A stretch of DNA of 64,000 nt, from assembly GCA_903928445.1 (NCBI GenBank), contig CAIYRB010000194.1:25301-89300 (forward strand), read 5' to 3'. Position 1 is the stretch's first letter. Every line of letters starts with the position of its first letter. Position numbers and translations under genes: made by a program. The notes under the pieces were generated by a model. The model saw only the letters and a program-made list of their open reading frames with translations. It was not told the DNA's origin and did no database searches. Shown here in pieces: positions 27,885 to 37,188 of the stretch. The DNA comes from an uncultured Pseudomonadota bacterium. Its GTDB lineage: Bacteria > Bdellovibrionota_B > Oligoflexia > Oligoflexales > CAIYRB01.

Positions 27885-29474
27885 ATGCCGCAATCTGAGC
27901 TGCAGAAAAAAACCATCGCAGCGATCGACATCGGCACCAACTCGGCCCATATGGTTCTCGCTGAGATGGACCACGTCGGTGAAATGCGCATCTTAGATAG
28001 CGATAAGGTCAATTTGCGCCTGGGCCAAGCCATCGGCGAAGACGGCAACTTGTCCGACGACGGCATCCGCCGAACGGTAGAAGCGCTTAAGCACATGGAG
28101 GAGATCATCCGTCCCTATGGCGCTACCACCAGAGCCGTCGCCACCCACGCGGCACGCGAGGCAAAGAACCACAAGCGCTTGTTCAGCGAGATCGAACGGA
28201 GCTGCGGCATCAAAGTCGAGATGATCGATGGCATCGAGGAGGCTCGCCTCGTCTTCCTCGGCATGCGTTACGGCTTGGCGCTTAATGGGGTCTATTGCTT
28301 GGGTGTCGACGTCGGTGGCGGCTCGACCGAAATCATCGCCGCCCGCGATGATGATATAGCCTTCGTCTCCTCCGTCAAATTAGGTGCGGTGACCTTAACT
28401 GAAAAGTATTTTAAGAAGGGTTACACACCGGAGGCAGCGACTGCGCTAAAAGAACACGTTCGCTCCCGTCTGGCACCGCTCGAGCAGGAAACCCGCAAGT
28501 TGAACTGCCAAAAGATGCTGGCCTCCTCTGGGACGGCAAAGGCGCTGGCCTTTCTGCATGCTCGCCTATTTGGCAACGGCGCCATGTCGGATCCAAATGG
28601 CTACGTGCTGCCACAAGCCGACTTGTTCAAAATCAGTGAGCAGTTTCTGCGCCTGCTTACGCCACAGAGGATCAAAGAGGCCACCGGGCTTGACTCGGCG
28701 CGAGCTGAGATCATCATGGCCGGCTCTGCCGTGCTGGAAGAGATCACCCGGCTGCTTGGCGTCAAAGAGTGGGTGATCACCTCTTTTGGCTTGCGTGAGG
28801 GCCTCGTCGCCGACACCTTTTACCGCGCCAACGGGTCGCGTCAGGGCGAGCTGCCAGACATCCAGTGGCATAGCGTGCTGCAATTTGCACGCCGCCTTGG
28901 TCTCAATGAGAGCCATGCCTTACACGTCAAGCGCCTGGCGCTTCGCTTGTACGAACAGCTGGCACCTGGCTGCTTTCCGGGTGCCAGCGAAGAGGCCATG
29001 CAGGCCGACATTAAGCTGCTAAAAGCCGCGGCCTTCCTGCGTGAAGCCGGAAAATTCATCAGTGCACCGCAATACCACCGCCACTCTCAGTATCTCATAT
29101 CAAACAGCCGCCTGCCGGGATTTACCGAGGCCGAGCGGCAGCTCATGGGGCTCATCGCGCGCTTCCAGCGCAAAGGCCTACCATCTGCCGACCACGCCGA
29201 GTGCGTGGAGCTGACAGCCGGCGATGTCAAGCGCCTGCGCGTCCTCGCTGGTATTGTCCGTTTGGCCGCCGCGCTCGACCGCACCCGCCAGCGCCGCATC
29301 GAGGATATCGAGGTGCAGTTTACCAGCGATCGCACCTTCATTCATCTCTGCCACCCAACTGGTAACCACCCGGAAGTGGAGCTGCACAAGGCACAGTTAG
29401 AGCGTTCGGCATTGGAAAAATCTTGGGATTTGCCGCTGACCATTGCCGCCAAGGCCATTCCCGCAGAGGCATAA
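27885..29474 (+). CDS. ppx: Exopolyphosphatase / guanosine pentaphosphate phosphohydrolase (Ppx/GppA family)
   Basis: AAIDIGTNSAHMVLAE, GVDVGGGSTEI, C-terminal HD-like region. Confidence 0.9.
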   Translation: MPQSELQKKTIAAIDIGTNSAHMVLAEMDHVGEMRILDSDKVNLRLGQAIGEDGNLSDDGIRRTVEALKHMEEIIRPYGATTRAVATHAAREAKNHKRLFSEIERSCGIKVEMIDGIEEARLVFLGMRYGLALNGVYCLGVDVGGGSTEIIAARDDDIAFVSSVKLGAVTLTEKYFKKGYTPEAATALKEHVRSRLAPLEQETRKLNCQKMLASSGTAKALAFLHARLFGNGAMSDPNGYVLPQADLFKISEQFLRLLTPQRIKEATGLDSARAEIIMAGSAVLEEITRLLGVKEWVITSFGLREGLVADTFYRANGSRQGELPDIQWHSVLQFARRLGLNESHALHVKRLALRLYEQLAPGCFPGASEEAMQADIKLLKAAAFLREAGKFISAPQYHRHSQYLISNSRLPGFTEAERQLMGLIARFQRKGLPSADHAECVELTAGDVKRLRVLAGIVRLAAALDRTRQRRIEDIEVQFTSDRTFIHLCHPTGNHPEVELHKAQLERSALEKSWDLPLTIAAKAIPAEA

Positions 29475-29476
29475 CC

Positions 29477-30526
29477 ATGGCTGTAAAAGGCGTCAAACGG
29501 GCCGCATATAAAGACCATGCTGCGGCGTTGCGCGCCGTCGCGCACGGCCGCTCCTGGGACGGGGCTTCTCGACTCATGATGGTCTATGGCAGCTGCGATT
29601 TACTGCTATCGGAGTCGCTGCGGCTGCTGCGAGACAAAGCGTTGGCAACTGGGGCCGCCATCACCTCTCTCGAAGCCCCGACGCTGACCGAGAATAGCCT
29701 GCTTGCGTTCGCGCAACAGACCTCGCTGTTTGAACCAGCAACCTTTTATGTCCTACGCAGAACGGAAAGCGCAAAGAACCTGCCTAAGGTCCTAGCCCGA
29801 CTGAAAAGCCAGGATCAATTGGCCAACCAGCTATGTTTTGTGTTTCAAGGTGACGCCCTGCCGGCCCCGTTGGCTAAGGAATTCCACCGCCTCAAGGCGC
29901 ATCAGGTACCGTGTTTTGCGCCGTGGCCAAACGAAGTTCCGCTGGTCCTGACCGCTCTAGCCGATGGCCTTGGCCTAAAACTCAACCAAGATGGCATGCA
30001 ACTTTTGTTGCAGGCGCACGGCGACGACCTCGTCAAACACGCAAATGAGTTGCGCAAGGTGGCTCTCATACTCGGACCTGAAGGCTGCCGTGAGCCATTG
30101 AGTGCCAGGATCTTGGCCCCGCACCTAGAGATGCTACGCGAAGATGATGCACAGCAACTGGACTACTTGCTGCTGCAGCATGACTGGGCCAAGGCCCAGG
30201 CTCTCGTCACCGCCTTGCTCACTCGAGGCGAAAAAGCATTGGCGCTCCTGGCTATCCTTGCCAGCCACTGCCGCAACGCCATCCGGATTGCCGAAGCCCA
30301 AGCCCGCGGCCAATCAGCTGCAGGCTTGGCCAGCGCCACCCGGCTGTCGCCATTTGTCATCAAAACCTACCTGCCGTATATGGCAAAAAATCGCGATATC
30401 AAACGCTTCGTCCTCGCATTAGGCCTATGTCAGACAGCCGACTTACAGTTCAAAAGCCGGCCTATAGCCGAAGCCTTGATCTTAGCGCGGGTCATCGACG
30501 TCTTGGCGCGACCATCCTATACTTGA
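29477..30526 (+). CDS. holA: DNA polymerase III delta subunit-like (HolA), tentative
   Basis: About 350 aa, helical, with a general HolA pattern (N-terminal LLSESL..., central FQGD..LPAPLAKE, C-terminal helical domain). I prefer the ATG at 29477, just after the ppx stop. Confidence 0.5.
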   Translation: MAVKGVKRAAYKDHAAALRAVAHGRSWDGASRLMMVYGSCDLLLSESLRLLRDKALATGAAITSLEAPTLTENSLLAFAQQTSLFEPATFYVLRRTESAKNLPKVLARLKSQDQLANQLCFVFQGDALPAPLAKEFHRLKAHQVPCFAPWPNEVPLVLTALADGLGLKLNQDGMQLLLQAHGDDLVKHANELRKVALILGPEGCREPLSARILAPHLEMLREDDAQQLDYLLLQHDWAKAQALVTALLTRGEKALALLAILASHCRNAIRIAEAQARGQSAAGLASATRLSPFVIKTYLPYMAKNRDIKRFVLALGLCQTADLQFKSRPIAEALILARVIDVLARPSYT

Positions 30527-30559
30527 TTCGCTAAGTGATTCGCTAAGTGATTTGCTAAG
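30524..30559 (+). repeat. 12-bp tandem direct repeat x3 (TGATTCGCTAAG, TGATTCGCTAAG, TGATTTGCTAAG)
   Basis: Read directly from the sequence. The first unit starts with the holA-like stop codon TGA, and all three units carry TGA in that frame. Confidence 0.9.
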
Positions 30560-30595
30560 CAATGCTTATTCAAAGCGGTCGAGCCGGGAGTGTCG

Positions 30596-31627
30596 ATGAA
30601 GCCAATTGCACCCACGTTGATTCTTGTCACGGTTCTTTTGTCCGCTTACCAGGTTCAGGCCAAAGAATCACCCGCCAAGGCAGACGGTCCCCAGCATGCC
30701 GAGCCGGAATCTTTGGGGCGGGTCAGCGAGCTGCTATTACCCCCTTTTCAACTAAGCTCCCTGACCAAAGACCTACCGGCCAACGACCTGCTTTTTCCCG
30801 ATGAACAATCGCTTATGGTTCTCGGAAGCACCGCCCTTTGGCAATGGCGCATCGGCACCAACTCGTTACAGCGCCTTGTGCTATGGCAAGACAGCGACGC
30901 TCAAACCAAGGCGCCTTTGCGCTACTTAGGTGGCGACGGTATTAATCTCTTTGTTGCCGCCGATAACACGTTGTTTCAAATCCACTGGCAGGAAAATGAA
31001 ATTTTTCGCTATCCACTTCCCCCGGGTCTAAAGGTACGTGGCTTTTCCGGCCAAGCGGATGACTACTGGCTTCTCCACAGCGGCGGCATGATGCAATTTG
31101 ATCGCTACGGCAAAACCCTGATACCCAGACTAAAAGCGACCAATTTTGCGACTGCGGAGGCGATGGCTTACGAGCCCCACAGCCATATACTCTGGGCGGT
31201 GCGAGGCAACGACTTGTGGCGCACTGATCTGAAACAAAAAGCGCCCCGGGGGCGGGTCGTGTTTTCCGCCCAACATCCGCTGCACGGCCTGAGCTTGCCG
31301 GATGGCGCCCACGGCGATATCATGACTCATACCGATCATGCAGTGCTGCGGTTTGGCGAAAGTGGCATCATGCGCCCGTCAATTCCAGTCGAAGGGTCGC
31401 GCCGGCTCATCACGATGGCGATTAGCGCTACCAACCATGTCTATTTGTTTAGCGACCAACTTTTGGAAGTCTACGAGATCCAAAAAAGGCAAGCTACTCG
31501 CTACCTTCTGCCACTCGAGAATGTTGAACAAGTCAGCGCCATAAGGCTCTCGGGTCAGCACGTGGCCGTTTTGGTGAGTGGCCGACCAAGGCTGTTTCGC
31601 CTCGACACAAGCGGTCGGAAACGCTAG
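30596..31627 (+). CDS. Hypothetical secreted protein (possible beta-propeller)
   Basis: Signal peptide MKPIAPTLILVTVLLSAYQVQA with GGGAG upstream of the ATG at 30596. Repetitive W/beta-strand-rich sequence. Confidence 0.6.
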   Translation: MKPIAPTLILVTVLLSAYQVQAKESPAKADGPQHAEPESLGRVSELLLPPFQLSSLTKDLPANDLLFPDEQSLMVLGSTALWQWRIGTNSLQRLVLWQDSDAQTKAPLRYLGGDGINLFVAADNTLFQIHWQENEIFRYPLPPGLKVRGFSGQADDYWLLHSGGMMQFDRYGKTLIPRLKATNFATAEAMAYEPHSHILWAVRGNDLWRTDLKQKAPRGRVVFSAQHPLHGLSLPDGAHGDIMTHTDHAVLRFGESGIMRPSIPVEGSRRLITMAISATNHVYLFSDQLLEVYEIQKRQATRYLLPLENVEQVSAIRLSGQHVAVLVSGRPRLFRLDTSGRKR

Positions 31628-31692
31628 GATTTCACCACCCCATCACGATCATAGGACGCCAAGATCTAAAGGTCCACGGCGAGGAACAAGCG

Positions 31693-34122
31693 ATGCGCCA
31701 AAACGCCTCGAGACAAAGACTCTGCGCCATCATCGGAACGCTTGCGTCTCTGGTGATCGTCCCATCATGCACCACAACCAATGAAGACCAAGGCGAGGTT
31801 CCTGCGACCGAGTCCGTGCCCACCTCGCCGCCCAGCCCAACTGAGGTGAGCAAAGAAGCGGCCAGCGATCCGAGCACTCCTGCTTATGCCCTACGGTCAT
31901 TGGACCGCGTCACGGCAGGACATCCCGAGCTTCTTGCTGACGTCAGCGATGTACGCGCCCTGCTCAGTGCTGCCAACAAAGCGGCTATCGGCGATAAAGC
32001 GGGCGCCCAAGCGGCCTGGTTCGAGGCGCTTACGCTCACCTCTTCGGGCTTTGGCAAAATGGCGCTTACTGGATGGCTTAAAGCGTATACGGATAACCTC
32101 GGTCACAAATCCGACCCCGCGGTCTTAGCGCGGTTGATCACCGCTGAGACCCGCAATGGCAGTGTTAGCCCCTACATGATGGCAAAGAATCTAACCAATG
32201 ATGAGGCTATCCTGCCGTTGCTGCAAAGCACCGTGCCGCAATGGCTAACGACAGACGCCGTGACCACTCCAGCCAAGACCGAAGCCAAGGCCGCAGTTTC
32301 TCCACCAAACTTAGCGACCTTGCCAGACGGGGACCCGCTCCTACATAAAATCGCAGTGAAAGTGTGCAAGGCCAGGGTTCAGACCAGCAGAAACTGGCAA
32401 GCTTGGAGCGAGTCATTGAGCGCAGAGGTCCGCGCCTATTGGCAGGCTCTGCTTGCGGACAACTGCGGCTTGGGCCCAAACCTAGCAATACAGGGCTACC
32501 AACAAGCCTATCCGCTTCTCGCCGCCCAAGCTCAGACCTTGGCCATGGCGATTGAGGCTGCCGGACGTTTGGCCGCGCTGCAGCGAGCCAACGGTTTACG
32601 AACCGAGGCAGCCACGACTTACAGCGCATTAGTCGCGTTGTGGAACAAAACCGGATTGCTCCCCGGAGCCCTCGGTTTGAGCCCTCAAGCCCAGAGCTTG
32701 CGGCGCATCGATGAAACCTTGTGGGCAGCCCGCTATCGGGCGTTGGTCGGCGACTACGAACATGCCAAGGTGTTTGCACAAAGCGCCTTAGATCAAACCA
32801 AGCAAATCGCCATCAAACGTGCGCAATTTAAGCCGCAGATACGTGAGCAGATCGCCTCGCTGCGAGCCGATGCATACCACACACTGGCCTTTCGGGTCGC
32901 CGTCGAGCAGCACCAGTTCACCAGTGCCCTATCGTTGACGCTGCTTGGCCTAGACACCCCCGACCTAGCCAAGGACTGGCGCGAACGATTGACCTGGAAC
33001 GCTGGACTTTACGACTACCTGGACGGTAATTTCGCGGGTGCCCGCAAGCGTTGGAACAGCCTACTCCTAGAAACTCAGGAGGAGTGGCTCCAGGCGACGC
33101 TAAAATTCTGGCTAGCCCGCACCTCAGCCAAGTTGGGAGACCAAGCCGGGGCACAGTCCCAAGTCGCCAAGCTGATCCATGAGCATCCCCTCAGCTACTA
33201 TGCCGTGGTCGCCTGTAAAGAGGCAGGGCTGCAAGATGGAGCGCCCCAATGGCCTAAGACCTTTGGCCCGCTGTCTGCGCTTAGTCAGACTATGGCTCTT
33301 GTCCATGACTTCCAATTACAGACCACCCGCCAGTCGGCCATCCTTCGCCCGCTCCTCAGTCGAGCGGAAATCCTCACGGCGGCAAACCTTGGACCATTCG
33401 CGCGGGAGGCCGTCAATGAACTTGAGCAAGCACTCGGACCTATTGGTGACATTCGCCAGCGCGCCCAACTCTATGTTTACCTGAGCCGCCTCCACTTTCG
33501 GGCCGGTAACTACCTGGCCGCAATCAATATCACGTCCAAGCTAGCGAAACAGGTTCCCGACTTTTGGCAGTCCTGGCCCGACCAGCTGTTGATCTATTTC
33601 GCCCAGCCCTTTAACGCAGAGTACTCCTACAGCGCCGAAACCAGCGGCGTCGCCAAAGAGGTCTTACTCGGCATCTCCAGACAAGAAAGTGGCTTCACAC
33701 CGGACATTCGCAGCAGCGCTAACGCAACCGGCCTCATGCAACTCATAGCACCTACGGCGCGACGTTTTGCCAGTGAACTCGGCATGCGAACGGACCCCCT
33801 GGATGAGCTGCTGCAAGAGCCTGCCACAAATATTCGTCTCGGCGCCCACTATCTAAAATTTCTTGGGGCCCACTTCAAAGGCTTCCCTCCAGCGATCTAT
33901 GCTGGCTACAATGCAGGCGAATATGCCGTCGACCTGTGGCTGCAGCGCCGCGGTCATAGCGATCCCCTGGCATTCATCGAACTGATCCCATTTGGCGAAA
34001 CCAAAGACTATGTCAAGGGCGTGTGGCGCAACGTGCTCGTATACCGAGAACTTGACCAAGCGAGCCTAGGCCCGGTACAGCCAGGCTTTGATTTGGGGTT
34101 TGCTGGCATTGTGGGAGCATGA
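31693..34122 (+). CDS. slt: Soluble lytic murein transglycosylase (Slt70-like), lipoprotein
   Basis: Lipobox-like VPSC. Long helical superhelix region and a C-terminal SLT domain with ISRQESGF, ATGLMQL and AGYNAG. Confidence 0.85.
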   Translation: MRQNASRQRLCAIIGTLASLVIVPSCTTTNEDQGEVPATESVPTSPPSPTEVSKEAASDPSTPAYALRSLDRVTAGHPELLADVSDVRALLSAANKAAIGDKAGAQAAWFEALTLTSSGFGKMALTGWLKAYTDNLGHKSDPAVLARLITAETRNGSVSPYMMAKNLTNDEAILPLLQSTVPQWLTTDAVTTPAKTEAKAAVSPPNLATLPDGDPLLHKIAVKVCKARVQTSRNWQAWSESLSAEVRAYWQALLADNCGLGPNLAIQGYQQAYPLLAAQAQTLAMAIEAAGRLAALQRANGLRTEAATTYSALVALWNKTGLLPGALGLSPQAQSLRRIDETLWAARYRALVGDYEHAKVFAQSALDQTKQIAIKRAQFKPQIREQIASLRADAYHTLAFRVAVEQHQFTSALSLTLLGLDTPDLAKDWRERLTWNAGLYDYLDGNFAGARKRWNSLLLETQEEWLQATLKFWLARTSAKLGDQAGAQSQVAKLIHEHPLSYYAVVACKEAGLQDGAPQWPKTFGPLSALSQTMALVHDFQLQTTRQSAILRPLLSRAEILTAANLGPFAREAVNELEQALGPIGDIRQRAQLYVYLSRLHFRAGNYLAAINITSKLAKQVPDFWQSWPDQLLIYFAQPFNAEYSYSAETSGVAKEVLLGISRQESGFTPDIRSSANATGLMQLIAPTARRFASELGMRTDPLDELLQEPATNIRLGAHYLKFLGAHFKGFPPAIYAGYNAGEYAVDLWLQRRGHSDPLAFIELIPFGETKDYVKGVWRNVLVYRELDQASLGPVQPGFDLGFAGIVGA

Positions 34123-34163
34123 TAGAACGTTATCCATTGACTTGACTCCTGAAGGGATATGCA

Positions 34164-34304
34164 ATGGCGTTGAAAACGCAGCGGGACCCGCGTCGAGAGG
34201 CGGTCGGCTGGATTAGCCTTTTGGTCGTTATGGTGCTCTTCCCAGTCATGTTTTATCTGTGTGTATTCTTCCCGATCTGGGTAGGCTTGACCCCCCGCTG
34301 GTAA
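34164..34304 (+). CDS. Candidate 46-aa small membrane protein upstream of ctaA
   Basis: Own translation: MALKTQRDPRREAVGWISLLVVMVLFPVMFYLCVFFPIWVGLTPRW. GAAGGGA lies 6 nt upstream of the ATG. Below the ORF-track cutoff. Confidence 0.35.
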   Translation: MALKTQRDPRREAVGWISLLVVMVLFPVMFYLCVFFPIWVGLTPRW

Positions 34305-34359
34305 TCAGTCGGGAATGGCTTCGCACTGACCTGGTTTATAGACTCGGACCATCACAATC

Positions 34360-35364
34360 ATGCACCAATATTCAGAGCACGAACGTGCGGACTTTAGGCG
34401 CTTCAGTAAGCTTCTAACCTGGGCCGCCTCACTCACTTTTGGTTTGATCTGCCTCGGCTCCCTCGTACGGGCCTCAAACTCTGGCCTGTCATGCCCTGAC
34501 TGGCCGTTGTGCTACGGCAAAGCCGTACCCCTGTTCGACACCCATATCTTCCTCGAGTGGTTTCACCGAGTAGTCGCCGCAAGCTTGGGCTGCCTCATGA
34601 TCACTGCGGGCGTTAAATTGATGCGCTCTAGACTACTGCGCCGTCCATTTGCCCTGCAACTATCGGCCAGCGCAGTCCTTCTCAGCATCCAGATCGTACT
34701 CGGTGGCTTAACGGTACTAAAGCTACTCGACCCTGCGACCGTTTCTGCTCACCTCGTAAACGCATTGCTATTCTTTACCGTGCTGGTTTGGATGGCCATG
34801 AGGGCCCATTCGCTGGCCACGGAGCCTGACACTCAGGAGCACATTCCAACGCCGCTTTCGATTCGCGCTGGGTTTATCGCTCTGACCTTCCTCATGTTCG
34901 TCCAGATCGGCATTGGCGGCACCGTCAGCAGCCGCTACGCAGGCCTAGCGTGCCCAGATTTTCCCACCTGCAACGGGTCCTTTATCCTGCCCCCAAATCT
35001 ACCGCAGGCATTGCAGATGCTGCACCGGGGCTTCGCTCTAATGCTGCTCATCTACACCTGTTGTCTTAGTACGTTCGGCTCACGCATTCGCTTGCCGAGT
35101 TCGGCGCGGCGCGCCGTCCGCTTGGTACCTCTGCTAGTCCTAGCGCAGATCGGATTGGGCATGATCAACATCTATTTCTCCTTGCCGATCTGGGCTTCGG
35201 CGCTGCATCTAGCGAACGCAGCAGCACTCTACAGCCTGCTCCTCCTTGCCAGCATCGATCTGTTGGCACAACGCAAAGGATACCATCACATTGCAATCTC
35301 TCGACATAACAGCGCTGCCGAGGGCGGGAAGCGTTTCGTGGCGCAGCTACCTACCACTCACTAA
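34360..35364 (+). CDS. ctaA: Heme A synthase (COX15/CtaA)
   Basis: CPDWPLCYG and a second CPDFPTC motif, conserved His in the TM helices (WFHRV, LHRGF), multi-TM. Confidence 0.85.
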   Translation: MHQYSEHERADFRRFSKLLTWAASLTFGLICLGSLVRASNSGLSCPDWPLCYGKAVPLFDTHIFLEWFHRVVAASLGCLMITAGVKLMRSRLLRRPFALQLSASAVLLSIQIVLGGLTVLKLLDPATVSAHLVNALLFFTVLVWMAMRAHSLATEPDTQEHIPTPLSIRAGFIALTFLMFVQIGIGGTVSSRYAGLACPDFPTCNGSFILPPNLPQALQMLHRGFALMLLIYTCCLSTFGSRIRLPSSARRAVRLVPLLVLAQIGLGMINIYFSLPIWASALHLANAAALYSLLLLASIDLLAQRKGYHHIAISRHNSAAEGGKRFVAQLPTTH

Positions 35365-36199
35365 ACCGACGATCACGCTGCTGGTCGTGGTGACGATTAT
35401 CCCGGCACTGCTCCTGGCCGCCAACGGATTGCCTCCGTTGCTTACGTCACTGGCAGCTTTGCTGGGCACCTATCTGGCCTCCGCTTCGGCCTCGGTATTC
35501 AACCATCTGCTCGACGCCGATCTTGACCAGGTCATGAACCGCACCCGCGACAGGCCCGTTCCGTCCGGACAAGTGTCGCCGCAGGGCGCTTTCGCCTTTG
35601 GCTCAGCTTTAGGCGCGGCGTCCCTGCTTGTGCTCTACAACTGGACGACGCCTCTGGCCACGACGGTGGCCTTCCTCGCCAATGCCTTCTATGTCCTTGG
35701 TTACACCCTATGCCTAAAGCGCTACACTGACCAAAACATCGTCATCGGTGGTGCTGCTGGCGCCGTTGGTCCGCTCATTGGCTGGGCGGCGATTACCGGC
35801 ACGATCGGCTGGCCGGCTTGGGTGCTCTTTGGCGTGATTGTGCTGTGGACCCCACCTCATTTCTGGGCACTGGCCATCAAATACAAAAACGACTATGCGA
35901 CTGCAAATATCCCGATGCTTCCGGTCACCCGCGGTGACGAAGCCACTAGACGCCAAATCTTTGCCTACACTTTGACGCTTATACCACCGATCATCGCCCT
36001 GTTTTACTTTGGCGCGGCCGGGACCTTTTACCTGGTGACGAGCTTAGCCGCGACCTTGTACTTCTGCTGGAAGGCTTGGCAGCTTTACCAAAAGCATGAC
36101 AACAGCGGCGCTATGCCAGTGTTTCATTACTCTTGCCTATACCTGTTTGCCATCTTCGGCAGCTTGACCATCGACCGCCTCCTCGGAGGTTTACTATGA
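35246..36199 (+). CDS. ctaB: Protoheme IX farnesyltransferase (heme O synthase)
   Basis: YLPLTKPTITLL, the Asp-rich NHLLDADLD...R.RP, and PPHFWALA. Start uncertain: ATG at 35246 overlaps ctaA by 119 nt, and TTG at 35291 overlaps it by 74 nt. Confidence 0.88.
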   Translation: MPASICWHNAKDTITLQSLDITALPRAGSVSWRSYLPLTKPTITLLVVVTIIPALLLAANGLPPLLTSLAALLGTYLASASASVFNHLLDADLDQVMNRTRDRPVPSGQVSPQGAFAFGSALGAASLLVLYNWTTPLATTVAFLANAFYVLGYTLCLKRYTDQNIVIGGAAGAVGPLIGWAAITGTIGWPAWVLFGVIVLWTPPHFWALAIKYKNDYATANIPMLPVTRGDEATRRQIFAYTLTLIPPIIALFYFGAAGTFYLVTSLAATLYFCWKAWQLYQKHDNSGAMPVFHYSCLYLFAIFGSLTIDRLLGGLL

Positions 36200-36342
36200 G
36201 TCAGACATTACAGATGTTTTTGCAACGCATCTTCCTCGGGCCAAGGTCAAGTTTTCGCAATGGTCACCGCCCGTGGTTATACTCAGGCTTTATCGCCCTG
36301 ATTATTTTGCTGATTGGAATGTCTGGGGCTAGGCATTATTAG
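36196..36342 (+). CDS. Candidate 48-aa small membrane protein coupled to ctaB
   Basis: MSQTLQMFLQRIFLGPRSSFRNGHRPWLYSGFIALIILLIGMSGARHY. ATGA overlap with the ctaB stop, one TM segment. Confidence 0.3.
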   Translation: MSQTLQMFLQRIFLGPRSSFRNGHRPWLYSGFIALIILLIGMSGARHY

Positions 36343-36422
36343 CCCCTTGCCAGGTTAAAATGACGCCTTACTATCTAAAAGAATGTATTTTTCCCTTTCA
36401 TGTTTAAACCGAATGCCGCCTT

Positions 36423-36644
36423 ATGATTGAAAAAATTAAAGCTCTCATTGAGGACGAAATAAACCCGCAATTACAGCTGCATGCCGGCGGTTGCGAGCTA
36501 CTCGATGTCGATGATGGCGTTGTAACCCTTCGAATGTACGGAGGGTGCTCTGGGTGTCCGTCAAGCGCCATCACCCTTTTTAATGGCATCGTGCCGATCC
36601 TCAAAGAGCACCTACCCGACATTAAAGATGTCATCCTCGGATAA
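36423..36644 (+). CDS. NifU C-terminal domain (Nfu-type) Fe-S cluster protein
   Basis: EINPQLQLHAGGCELLDVDDGVVTLRMYGGCSGCPSS is the Nfu CxxC motif. Confidence 0.85.
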   Translation: MIEKIKALIEDEINPQLQLHAGGCELLDVDDGVVTLRMYGGCSGCPSSAITLFNGIVPILKEHLPDIKDVILG

Positions 36645-36728
36645 TCAGCCCAACCAACTATTCGCTCAAGTCGAGCGCCAATCAGCCGATGATCATCCTG
36701 AAGCAAATACTTGATTCAGGAGTACAAA

Positions 36729-37187
36729 ATGCGACTTGGAGCAGCCTTAGCTTTACTGTTGCTGACTAGCTCGCCTCTACTTGGTGCGACCCCACCGACG
36801 GGCAAGGTCCATCATACCTATCCACAACCGCCGATACCGCGGCCGGCTGACCCCATGCATATAACACCCGGCGTGCAGATCCCTGAGCACCCCGAGTATT
36901 ACACCTGGCGCATCACCAACAAGCTAGCTGGAGGGAAGGCCGTGTACCAGGAAGCTGTGCCTCTCTACCGAATCAAATACCTTGAACGCACGACTCGGAA
37001 GGGCGAAATCGCAGTGGGGACGACGGTGATCCTCGACCACGTCGCCCGCCTTGGTCGGGTCCTCTACTATCAAGTGCCCGCACCGGATGCGGACCCGGGC
37101 AAAGTCCCTACTGATCCGGATGATATGGCCTGGGTTAACGGCATGTTCATCGAGCCAGTCGCCTATCAACCGCCAGCCGGCCGCTGA
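36729..37187 (+). CDS. Hypothetical secreted protein
   Basis: Signal peptide MRLGAALALLLLTSSPLLGA with AGGAG 7 nt upstream of the ATG at 36729. No known domain recognised. Confidence 0.6.
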   Translation: MRLGAALALLLLTSSPLLGATPPTGKVHHTYPQPPIPRPADPMHITPGVQIPEHPEYYTWRITNKLAGGKAVYQEAVPLYRIKYLERTTRKGEIAVGTTVILDHVARLGRVLYYQVPAPDADPGKVPTDPDDMAWVNGMFIEPVAYQPPAGR

Positions 37188-37188
37188 A

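Noticed and set aside
28960-28975. Sigma54-like element TGGCAC-N5-TGCT.
   Set aside because: The GC dinucleotide is one position off the required GG-N10-GC spacing, and the element is in the middle of the ppx coding sequence.
30524-30559. The 12-bp x3 repeat as a possible CRISPR array.
   Set aside because: The units are directly adjacent with no spacers, are only 12 bp long, occur in three copies, and have no cas genes nearby. This is a simple tandem repeat.
34130-34138. DnaA-box-like TTATCCATT.
   Set aside because: It is a single imperfect box (7/9 match), not clustered, with no AT-rich unwinding element or dnaA/dnaN context.
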